Shown here piece after piece: positions 25,059-36,600 of a stretch of DNA of 64,000 bases (positions within the stretch are counted from its first letter, which is position 1; the number at the start of each line of letters is the position of its first letter). A model generated the notes under the pieces. It was not told the origin of the DNA. It saw only the letters and a program-made list of their open reading frames with translations, and ran no database searches. A program made the translations under genes and the position numbers. Source of the DNA: Phoronis australis (taxonomy: Eukaryota > Animalia > Phoronida); assembly GCA_002633005.1 (NCBI GenBank), contig NMRA01000011.1, positions 1,090,855 to 1,154,854 of the forward strand, given 5' to 3'.

Positions 25059-25160
25059 AACTGACCGTTGACTTCTGCTGCCGTTCGGTTCAGTAAACAA
25101 GCGAGACCTATAGCACCGTGACCCTGCATGACCTCACCCTTTCCCAATGAGTCAACTGTT
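25059..25160 (-). promoter_or_regulatory. Cluster of nuclear-receptor direct repeats upstream of the ACSL ATG
   Basis: DR1-like AAGTCA-A-CGGTCA (25074-25062), DR4 AGGTCA-TGCA-GGGTCA (25134-25119), forkhead-like GTAAACA (25093), AP-1 TGAGTCA (about 25148). Confidence 0.35.
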
Positions 25161-26279
25161 TAGAGTAAAGGGGACAAAACACCTATAGGTGTCGTGTTAA
25201 TCCTTTTCTGTCCTCAATCTCGTACTGAAACTGGTGCAGGTCCCGGCGGGGCGTCGTAAGCCGGCTAGAATATTGCAACCATAGACATATTAAGATGTCT
25301 ATGATTGCAACTAACTTATTGCGACCTGCTGTCATTTTTTTGGCCATGGCCGGAGGGAGACCGAGTGACCGTGCTCCCGGCTCCAACGACCTGTGCATGA
25401 CACCAGAGTTCTGCAGTCACACCCACAGTCTGTAACCTTTTGTAGGACTTAGAATATAGGCACACGTTCGTATAGAATTTTGTTAAAAAAGACACCCTTT
25501 CATGGGGAAACTGGTCAGCGAAAAACTCACCCTATCAGCGGCAGACGCCTCCGCGCTCCGTCGCAGGGTAAGGGGAGTTATCACTGTGCAGGATATTCAG
25601 CCGGAGTCTACCCTTGTGAGGCCTGTTTAGGCATTATGATAAATTCTTGTCTTGGTGCAAACGCGGATCTGAGAATGTCCGCAAGGTAGTGGGGGTCGGG
25701 TAACCACAACAATCGAAGCGCCTGAAAGCGACATACCGGAGAGATTTTTTGGTTGTGTCCACGGAAAGGAGTCCTCAATGAATCCGCCTGTGTGATGTTA
25801 ACTCAAATATATAGTGAATTCTCCAGTTAAAACCTGTCACTAAAAGATGAATGCTGTACCACTACAGGTTGTGAGGTCAAATCTAACTTCGGGTGCAATA
25901 TTATAGGAGCCGGAGAGACTACGTGACTACAAATAATCATGAAGATGGTCAGTAGATGTCACATGTCGAAGCTATGGGTGACTTAATCATCACAACCGTC
26001 AGGTCAGTACATGTGTATTAAATGTAATGTAATCATAATGTTATGTAATAATTCAGTGGTAATGCCTAGCTGGCAATCGCTGCGAAGAAAAAATCTTACA
26101 CTAAAGGTTCTCGAAAATTTTAGCCACTGCGCTGATTTTGATAAGCCATTCAATGTCCAACGCCTGAGTCTGCAAATTTATGTAACGTTGACCCCACGAG
26201 GGTGCGTTGTAAGATTATGATCTCTTCAAACGAAGTTATTTTGTAGCGAAACAGAGCGCAGTCGTGCAGGAACTCTTAC

Positions 26280-26330
26280 CTTAACGCGCAGACGACAAAA
26301 AGGCAGACAGTTCACGCCTTCTCTCACTGA
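26280..26330 (-). other. Candidate non-coding 5' exon of ACSL
   Basis: Inr-like TCAGT at 26330-26326, strong donor AAG|gtaaga at 26279, and acceptor gatgtag at 25007, 18 nt before the ATG. Confidence 0.45.
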
Positions 26331-28924
26331 CGCCTCAGTGTACCAAATTCTCTTGAGCATGTCATTGAAATCGACCTTTACTCAAAAGTGTGCAGCGCAT
26401 CACAGAATCCCTTGTGACCAAAGATAACGTCGTCTATCTCACCATGGACTATTTACACTCATTTGAACATTAGGTTATCATCAAGCGGCCTTTTCCTTTG
26501 ACAAGATTGGTCTCATTATTATATTCCTTACCGGGATAGGATTCTACTTCCGATACCAACATCGTGTGGAAGTCGATACAGTTAGACCGTAGCCGCGTCC
26601 AATTTGTACTGTAGGCTCTCAGAAATGAAATATTTTGGGTAAGCCAAGTTTGACGGCAGTTAATTTTGAGTTAGACATTTCTAGTAGATTCAATGAATCT
26701 GACTTTCTAGCATTTGTGAACATATTGGGAATGAGAAAAGTCCACTAGTTCGGTTAGAGATACGTTTTTCATTGAAAATGAGACCTCTATAGCTGTGTTG
26801 TGTAGCGACTGAAATATCTGTTGCGATTTCAATTAGTCCTTGAACAACCCAGAATTGCAAAAACTCTAGTTTCATGGCAGCACTTTTGAACTGTATTTTT
26901 GAAATCAGCTGGAAATTTGCTTGCAGAATCTAGTGGTAACATGGAAGTGACGGTTTGAAGCTGAAACTCTCAATGTTGTGTTTCTATCCTTTTTCATAGC
27001 TTCGCTTCCTTTTTTGGTGGAAGTGAAAGGTCAAAAATACGTGACAGAATAAAGTTTCTATGGTCATGTGTAACGATTTTGGTGTGAAGCGAATCACAAC
27101 TTTTCATTTTGTTCGCAGATTTTCAACACAGTAGCAGAAAAGCAGCAAGTCCAGTGACGTGTGTACAGTGCCCGGTCAAAGCTAGCGACAACTGCGTAGC
27201 GTCTCCTCAAGTCTCAGGCGATGCGTACAAGCGCTTTTTTCGAATTCGTAATTTTGGTGTTGGCGTTTTCTTGATAGTTTCTATATGTTATGGTAACGGA
27301 AACGGAGCCTTATCACGGTAAGGAATATTACGAGACTGATTAAATGACAGTAAAACACCTAATTAGAATTTCGTTTTTTAGCCAACTTATCAGGGCCAAG
27401 TGGAATTTTAACGTAAGGTCGCTTGTGGTCGAATGGTAAATTCAGGTTATGATTTAACTTATAATCAAATGCGCAAATACTTCATTTAATATTCATTCAT
27501 ACAAACACTTGCCGCTCTGTGAGTGTTTCTACAGCATTCTGTTTGAAACATAAATAAATTGGGTTTCGAGGAGTGATAGATATTCACTTCGATGTTTCAT
27601 TTTTATTACAGAGCGTTTACAAATTGTTGAGAGGACGCTCGCGATGGTATCAAACCTTAGCAAGATCCGTCCAAGTAAAAACCTTCAATTTAGGAACACG
27701 TTTGGAACAACGGAATGATAAATCTTTATTTTCAAAAAGTAGCGCACGGTCGATCCTCGACTTCAAGTTTCTCAAATTCTGAACATCGTTCTTAAATGTA
27801 AACTGAAGTTATAACATTTCAAAAATCGGTAAATTAAAGTGTTAATTCTCCGCTGTTTAGCATTCAACGAGGGAATCTTAACCGAAACGCCCTCGGGTCT
27901 AAAGTTCAAAATCAGTAACTCGCTCATCATTGCCGAATGTGCCGACAACTCAGGTCACAGGCAAAGGGCACATGCGTCACTCTCGCATTCGCAATTTTTT
28001 GGGTGGTCAACCCCAATAATCTCTGAAAAGCTGATGGTTTCGATGTTCTTATTGGTATTGGAAACCACGTTCTATTACGTGGCTGACTTTATGTTGTAAG
28101 CTAAAAACCGAGGAAATACAGTTTCTAGAGTGTTTTTCTTATTTTGAGCAGCATACATTGTACGATTTTGAAACAACTTCCAATCTTGATATTTTTGTCT
28201 GCCCAATATTTCTTTTAATCTTTTTCAATTAAATTTTATCAAAACATAGTCATATCAAATTTGCCTCATTGCATCAAGGCTCTGCACAACAAGCCCAGAA
28301 GATACTCCACACGAACCACTGCTAGGATTTTTCGTTGACGTCTGCAGCGTCTATCAGCCTGTGAACGTACGTGAATGAGAACATCACGTGACTCTTGACA
28401 AAATGTCAATAATCTCGTGGCATTTCCTTCCAAATTTACAATCACTGCCGACAGTGATCCGCAATTTAAACGATTCATGGTACTAGTCACAAACAATGCA
28501 TATCTCATTCTTCGGCGTTAGTCAACTCACCTACAAAATGTCAACCCTCATAAAGTCCAGACAAGCGATTTACATGTCGGCTTAAATGTTGCTTGACGTG
28601 CAGTCCCCGTTGTTAGTAACTTTCGTAGAAAATGACACGAAGCAGCAGCCTCGTACATTTACTACGTAAGCCAAAGTTTCCGTGCAAAGAATTACGTTAT
28701 GGTCAAAAATGTAGTCTCGTTGTGAATAATGAGAATAAAACAATTTATGTGACATTCATAAATTTCATGAATGGCAAAATGGCGCCGGAAACAAAAACAG
28801 TGAAGCACTAGATCAAATCTTATTTCAGTTCTACAAAATACAATACTTCTAAACCAACAAATGATCTAATACATATAAATAATATAAAGACTTGGATGCT
28901 ATCATTGTCAATCGGTAAAAAGAT

Positions 28925-30609
28925 CTACTGCACGAAATTTGTGCTTTGTATTTCACCATCTAAGAGAACCAACACGAGGTCTGCAATACAACCGGAAGCG
29001 GAAGATGGAAACTCATAGTCACCTCCAAGACGTTCTCTGAAAACATGTAAATATGGCCGCAGCCTTCCGTGCCAACTGGCAGCTGGGTCTTCCCTACAAA
29101 CATTATGCAGCATTTCCCGGCAGCTCCACAGCCAATCCAGAGCATGATTTTTCTCAAGTCCGTATGCTCCATTTTGGCGAACGTGCGCGTCAGTCGACGA
29201 CTTCATACCCGATAGACGACTAATGACGTTGTTTAGTCGACTGCTTTGATGTCGTTTTCCCGGCGCCACGGCAGAAACAGCACTTTCATTCTGAAACGGC
29301 AAAACGGGTAACGTCTTTTGTTTGCCGTGCTGAGACATCGCGTGACCAGACAGTGCCACGTTAGTTTGAGAGGGCACCTGCGCAGAACTCGTGTTGGAAG
29401 ACTCGGCATCGCTGTTACCAGTTTTGGTTTCATTAAGATCCATGTTTTCCTTGACAACATTGCGGTGGCGGTATTTCCCGGAGTGCTCGCGCCACAAACG
29501 TCCTGCCTCGCTACGCACGTGACACATATTGGAGAAACCTCCTTGTTCAGGTTCTAGCCTAAGGCGCGCGCGAAACTGCTCAGCCCACTCATCATTTCCT
29601 TCCATAGCAAACTGCAAATTGGAGTCGTACTTCATAGCATTACGGTGGCAATATTCTTTGTATCTTTCCTTGGTTACTAAAACCTTTGGTCTCACAAGTG
29701 GGTCTAATTCATTGATCTGTTCTTGCGTCCAGTCAAGAAAGTAGTTGTTCTTGTGTCGTGTAACGATTATACTAACCTTTTCCCACAAAGTTAGCGGTTG
29801 ATCCGATATACTCGGAAACAAAAACGACATGCCACGTTCAGATTTCTTCCATTCCGTGTTCGAGCCGTACTTTCCGCGCCAACTTTTTGGTGCCCACTTC
29901 CAGTCGCGACCGCGGTTAGAGCGACTCCCGCTTGGCGAATCTCCGACGCCAACAGACGTTTGGCTCTCGTCGGACTCCGAAGGTTGTCGAAAAGCATCGA
30001 AGCTGTTTTGATCCGGGGACGAGGTCATGTGTCGTTGAAGATGAAGAGGTGAATGTGTAAGGTAATACCCAGCGGCCTCCAGGGACGGATTAAATGGGAA
30101 CACGGGGGCGGTATACGTTGCGAAATGGTGCGGTGGGAAAATGTGCCTGTCTCCATCGTCGCCGTGTGGCCCAAGGATGTTCGTCACGAAGTTATTCAGC
30201 TGCTTTATACTGTCTGAATGGACGGCGTTATCATTCCGATTGGTCGTCTCACCAGGACGTTCATCCCGAGCGCTCGTAGCCACCGCGTTAAAAGCGGATG
30301 GCTCAGAATCACCTTCGTTCTTGATTGCCGGAAGCATTTCAGTGCGTTGAACAGCAGTAGGTTGTCTCAAGTCCATAGCACCGAATTGGCATGAGTCAAC
30401 ACTTTCTTGTTTGACAGTAGTGCCGCCTTTTGGAGACGACGACCAATCAGTATCGTTTGATTCCAGTTTGATACTTTTCGCAGCGATTTCGTCAGGACTA
30501 GATGATTGTGACGAGCGTGAAGACTTGTTAGAACTTGACAGACAACTACGGTAGTCGGCGCTGTGCTGTCTCCAAAGGTCTGTCGCAACCACTTTGGCCT
30601 GGTTAAGTC
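28925..30609 (-). CDS. Tandem-domain gene terminal exon (1685 nt)
   Basis: Acceptor cttatttcag at 30610; long open frame to TAG; contains linker, repeat 2 and C-terminal domain. Confidence 0.9.
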
Positions 30610-33600
30610 CTGAAATAAGCCAAGTGTGATTCCTGCTTAGTACACTACAAACATAGGCGGATTTAGGGGGGAGGGGGGTCCAAGAGGCCTGGCCGCCCCT
30701 TGGCTGCCGCAAAAGAATAAAACAGAAAGCGCGAGGACATACTAATTGACGTCGGTAATTAACATGCATCTCGGGGGCCCAGAACCTCATCGCAAGTGTC
30801 CGACTGAGACCGCCGGCGCGATCCTTCACAGTTTTTTTTAGTCCCCCGACTGTATATTACTAGAAGGTCCACATCCACGGAAATTAGAAGTGCACGCACG
30901 CAATCGTGCTTTGTGGGTTTGGCCCAGAAAAATTGTTGCCCCCCTTATGATATCCTAGATCCGCCACTGACAAATACCTTAGCGCAACGCAGCTGTTCAG
31001 ATAATGGGATATTGGAAAAAATGTATGGGGTGAGCAGGGTTGAGTTTCGCAGATGCAAGAATTTCACGAAGGAAGCCAGGGTGATTGTGTGCTTCACTTG
31101 CCGGTATCTCGCCAAGTCTTGCATGATCTTGCATTTTCGCGAGATTCTCGCGTCAATGGAACGCAATTCAGGATTTTACGTCATAAATCTTACTCGCAGA
31201 GGCTGGAATGACTGAGTTTCAGCTTGCGATGTGCAATTGTTAGGCGAAAACTATTTTCATGTGTTAAAGAGTTTATCAAAATTAATTGTCGGTGTATCTC
31301 CACAGAATCACACCACACCAAAGGCATATCTTGTCATTTTCTGTGATCTCAATGGTGTCTAGCCAAAATTACAGCAGAAACAGGTTGAATGGGGAGAAAA
31401 CAGCATCTTGCAGTGATTTTAAAGTTCGTATTCACGTGAAAAATCAAAATTACGTCATGAAAAGCTTGGCTCATTTCGTGTATCCCCGCACTTTGAGAAT
31501 AACTTTTCTTCACTAAGTGACGGCCACTGGTTCTGAAAATCGGGGATTACTCTAAGCGACTGTTGTCCTAACGTCTTGTTTATGACACTATGTCAAAATG
31601 TCAAAACATTTCTGTTGCCGTAGTCAATGAACAACCATCCGCCGCGTCATCAGTCGACAACTTTAGCAGAATGGGTGATGTAGGGTTCAGTGCCCGGTTG
31701 CATGAAACAGTGATGTCCCAAATAGAGACTCAACTAAGGTCCCTAAGTCCTTTTGCGTATTTGTGTCTTTATGGACTGCCAGATGCAATATTTTTCTATC
31801 ATTTCATCTTTATTGAATTTGATTAATGACATTTTCTAATAATATAACTAAAAACTGAGCCCAGAGTTCATTGAAAATGAATAGGGACTCAATCCTTAAA
31901 TTGGGGGTGTTGCATGAAAAGATCCCTAATTATTTTCGATAATATTGACAACTCAACGTAGAATTCACTCTCGATTTGTATCAAAGTCAAGAGTTGACTT
32001 AGTAATGAAAGTAAAACAATACAAGAAAGGGCAATCGAAGCTTTCACAAGTTCAAAGATACGCAGTAGATTTAGGGAACTCAGCTGAGTCCCTGTTTGGG
32101 TCTGTTTCATGCAACCGGACACTGAACAACATCCGGGTCACAATACCTGCGAATCCACCATATTCTGGTGCCGTGCTCAGTCTGCTTCTAAATTCCTCCG
32201 CCCAAGGTTCGTCCGTCTCCAGACAGAACTGTAGATACTTCATGCGATTGAATTCATTCCTGAAGTAAAACAACCAAAAATGTTGTGAATCAGAATCCAA
32301 ACCTCGCAAGCGCTAGCGAAATACGACATTCACCAGTTCGACAATGAACGACAATACAAAGTGGACATTATTACTCTCTTTATATTACGTACGCGTTCCG
32401 TGTTAGCATCATTAAACGACGGGAATAAAAGAGATAATGACGACCACGATGACAGCCTGGTCGTGTCAGCACGCGGGCTGTTGTGGTCTTTATTATCATA
32501 ATGCCAATAATAACGAACAGCGCGGAAGATGATGATGATGATGGTGGTGGTGATGATGAGAAGAGAAGCACTGGCGCAGATAATGATGATTAAAGTAATG
32601 GAGGTGGACGGAGATGATGACACTGTTAATAACTACTAATTTTAGAAGTAATCGCTATGAGATCGATATCTATATACGTCAAATTAACCTTTTCATCCAC
32701 TTCAATTCCATTCTATGTCCATAAAGTGCGATGTATAATCACCTACTTAGTCATCAATCACACCTGAATAGGACGGCTGAGAGTAAAAATTACAAGGTCA
32801 CGATTAAAATTTCAAACGAACACTATTGTGTGACATGATCAAGAAGTTTTAAAAATAAGGATTATGCGAACAAATCGTCACTATATTCATGACGATTACC
32901 ATTGGAGTGCGACCCTGTCGGGAGACAAGTGCGACACGTACGGCGATACATGGCGTGACTAAGTCGAACGTTTCAACGTAAGGCTGATACTTTAAAAATC
33001 AATAAAACAGAAATTTATAACAACATTTCATCGAATGTTAAGACCAAACGTAACACTTTATTCAGAAACATGGACATTTTTGAACTGGAGTGTGCCCTCA
33101 GAGTCAGGGGTCAGTACACGACAATGAATTGTTGAAGAACTCGTGAGTGACGTTGCGAATGACCCCGAACACATTGTTCTCGTCTCGTGACACAACAGAG
33201 CGGTGAAAACCAAATGACTTGTATCTACATATGTACTTCTCGAAGATAACAGGACCGTATGAACGTACTCACTGTTTAGCCACGAGCGATTATGTCAACG
33301 TGTAACCAACACCGAGAGTCAACATCAATTTACTATAAACATTTATGATAAAGGTGTAAAGACCAGCGCAAACCGAGAGCAACGAGCTCAGCTGGCTGCC
33401 TCAAGCGAACTAGCTGAGTTCACAGATCACGTCAAGGCGCCATGTGAAGGTCGCCTATAACAACAAGAATACCGGTATCAAGGTTATGTAGGACCTTGTA
33501 TACACATCGGTATAACTCTGTAAAAGTATACATTTTTTGAAAGTAGAAAGCCTGTAGAATCAGGTTTTTGACTATATACCAATCTGCTGTTAATTCTATC

Positions 33601-36600
33601 CCGGGACCATGTGTTTATAGTAAATTTTAGCCAAAAAGAACGGTGCAGCCGTAGCAAAACAATGGTATCAATTATATGACCATATTGTGTTTGATACAAT
33701 GTATAATTGTATGAGACGGAATCTCAAAAACGATGCTACAGTTTTCTAAAATATCACTTAGTTTTCGTTTGATGCTTCTTTTGACTTTTTCATAAAAATC
33801 ATAAAATTACTATTTTTGATACCATCTCATGCAAAAGTGGAAAATATTAAAAACAAAATCAGTGCATCACGTATAGTGTGTGTATGTTTCATAAGAATTC
33901 GATCATCCATTTCTGAGGTATGATGTTCCAAAGTTTGCCAAGTTTGGACATTTTTCGAGGGTCCTACATAACCTTCAGGTCTGCTAGGTAAACTTAAGAG
34001 GTGAAAAGTTTTGGTCCGTCTGATGCCTGGGGCATTGCCAGTTTGGCCAAAGTGCGAAACGTCCAAGCATTTACCTGAGTGTCCCACAAACGTTAGCACA
34101 ATATTCGGAAGTATAAAAACCAGAAAATGGTTCTGTGCAGAGAACTAACGATTTTTTGTATTCCAGGAATCGCAAAGTTTCTTTTGCAAGGCAAAGAAAT
34201 TAGGAAAATTGACAGTCTTGGCTCTTAAACCTAAATGCAGTGAAACGACGACAGATTTTCAGACTGTGCACATCTGATTTCACATTTTTCAAAGAACAAG
34301 CACTTGTGTAAGGATATGTAACTGGGGCCATCCAAACCCAGGTATAGCCAAACATCAGTTATAATATGATATCTGGGTAAATAAAGTTATCTTGATCCCA
34401 AGTCAACGAACAACGCGGCTATTGTCGTTTGAAGCGTGACTACGCTTTTGGGACACACTGTACAACTTCCAGTGGTGCACCAACAAAATGGCCGCTACAT
34501 TTGTACTCATGACACAGAAATTCGCTTTTATGAACTGTGATAGTAAAAACGGAACATACGAGTTGTAATTGTCCGAAATTTTTCCGAGATGGCCATGGTT
34601 GTGAACTGGGAAAAACAAAGGGATAAGTAATTTGACGCTTTCTCAAGTTACATTGTGAAATTCGGCAATTTGTCAACATTTTCCCTTGTCAGAAACCGAG
34701 CCATCAATGGTAGCTTAAATATTGTTTAAATAACAATAGAATTTGTGACGTTGTTCACGTTAGAATGTCACAGTATTTACTTATAGGTCCATACTGCCAG
34801 GTATGTACGCTCAGACATTTCGTCTTGTTGTGCCTTTTGATTTTTAAATCCGTGCTGGTGGCGTTTTTTACTTTGAAGGTTGCGCGACGAGTGGGCACTA
34901 GTCATTAAACGATTTGCTAGATCATGTAGATATATAGCCAACAGTGGCTAGTGTTTCGGAGTCAATAATCGAGGCAGGGACACGGGTCATAGCTATGAAA
35001 ACAATGGCAAAGATAACAGAAAAATCGAATAGGAATTTGGAACGAATATACCCTTGTCTTTATCTGCAGCCCTCTTAAGTACTGCGTGCTTGACCTACTT
35101 TCCCAGTAAGCCAGGGTCCATTAGTTCTTGAAGCCCAATTCAGCGCCACCTGGCCATTTTTGGGATGGAACACTTTGCTTTATATTCAATACGGCCTAAA
35201 GCCATGGGCCGAGTGGAGTTCCAAGATTACTCCAAGGGAAAAAGACTCACCGCGGCTAACTTAATTTATTCCAATCTGAAGTTCGTGAATTCTACTTAGC
35301 AATGTGTAGGTCTTTAGATACCGTTGTTTAACTTAAAACAACGCAACCAATTCAATAGCAGATGCGCTTAAGCACCAGTGGTCATGGCGGGAGCTGTTAA
35401 AAGAATAAAACGAAACAAAAACAGAGAAGATAAGCCCAGTGTAGTAAAACACAACGTATTCTGGATATGGGTATATACCAGAGCTATTGTACATTCATTC
35501 ATAAGTGAGCTGTTTTGCCACCAGTTCAATTTGATTTTAGACTGAATTCTTATCTATTAGATTTAGTCTGAACAGGTGGGTGTCAAGGTCTACACAGCAG
35601 TTTGATTTTCCCAACACATTATGAATATTTGATAACTAAAACCGGAAAACTAAAAAACCTTCACACGAACGACATAGTCTACCACTCACCTGTTCATATG
35701 AAGCTTATACAGGTCTTGGTCTATCAGATCTAACGGCCTAACCAGAGGGTCTATGTCTTCCAGCTGTTCCGCTGTCCAGCCAACGAAGTATTTGTGTTTG
35801 TGCCTCTCCACCCAGACGCGACATTTGTCCATAATAGATCGGCCGTCGAGACTTGGAAACAGTAGCCGTATGCCAATAAGCCTCTTGGCATGTTTCACCT
35901 TACCTGTCAATAATAACACACAGATACCCACAATATCAAGCATTGTTTCCGTCATATTGTTTGCAAGTCACAATTTTCCTGTGATGTCACCGGATGTTTA
36001 CCAGCCGACAATTGTCCCACAATATATTTGAAAATCGACACCAGCGTCGCTAATTCAGTAAGTTTTCCGCAAATAAAATCCCCGTATTGTATGAGGATGA
36101 GCTGGGCTGCGCTTAGAAATGGAAGACACCGAAACGAAAGAAAATTCTATTCAGGAAAAACAAACCGTATTTTTTCCATAATTCAACATCACATCCCCGC
36201 CAACCAATCACTTCAGAGGCGGCAATTTTGCTAGTAAACGTGATCCACCACTTACGAAACACTCGTCTTGTGTGATCCCGCCAAACTGGTGAGAACCTCG
36301 CGTTCATTACGGAACGCATACCTGGAGTGCGTTCCATAGACGCAAGAAATCGCGAAAATGCAAGATCATGCAAGACCACGTATGGAAGAGGAGTGCTTCA
36401 GAAGATTACTAATGTATTCTAGCAAAACGGCGATCACAGAAGTGATTGGTCGGTGAGGTTGGAATGTTGAATTAACAGAAAACTTCTCGCCACAAATGGT
36501 TTGCGAGTGTCTTGGGACTATGGAACGCACCACTTTGCAGGTGTCACATGTTTCGCATCATTTTGATACGGCGGGAGAAATTAGACTTCCAAAGGTTGTG

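Noticed and set aside
27417-27450. tRNA A-box-like gtcgcttgtggtcgaatggt
   Set aside because: No B-box or cloverleaf downstream; cannot support a tRNA or SINE.
28520-28545. ttttgtag|gtgagt on the minus strand between the orphan gene and ACSL
   Set aside because: Could be an extra ACSL 5' exon donor or read-through site, but it is an isolated motif with no other support.
30610-30829. N-terminal 73 aa of the 634-aa ORF in the track
   Set aside because: Intron read-through overlapping a GGCGGAT-type MITE; the true exon begins at the acceptor at 30610, where homology to repeat 2 resumes.
32330-32623. Hydrophobic Ile/Thr-rich ORFs
   Set aside because: Translation of an intronic (GAT/GGT)n microsatellite.
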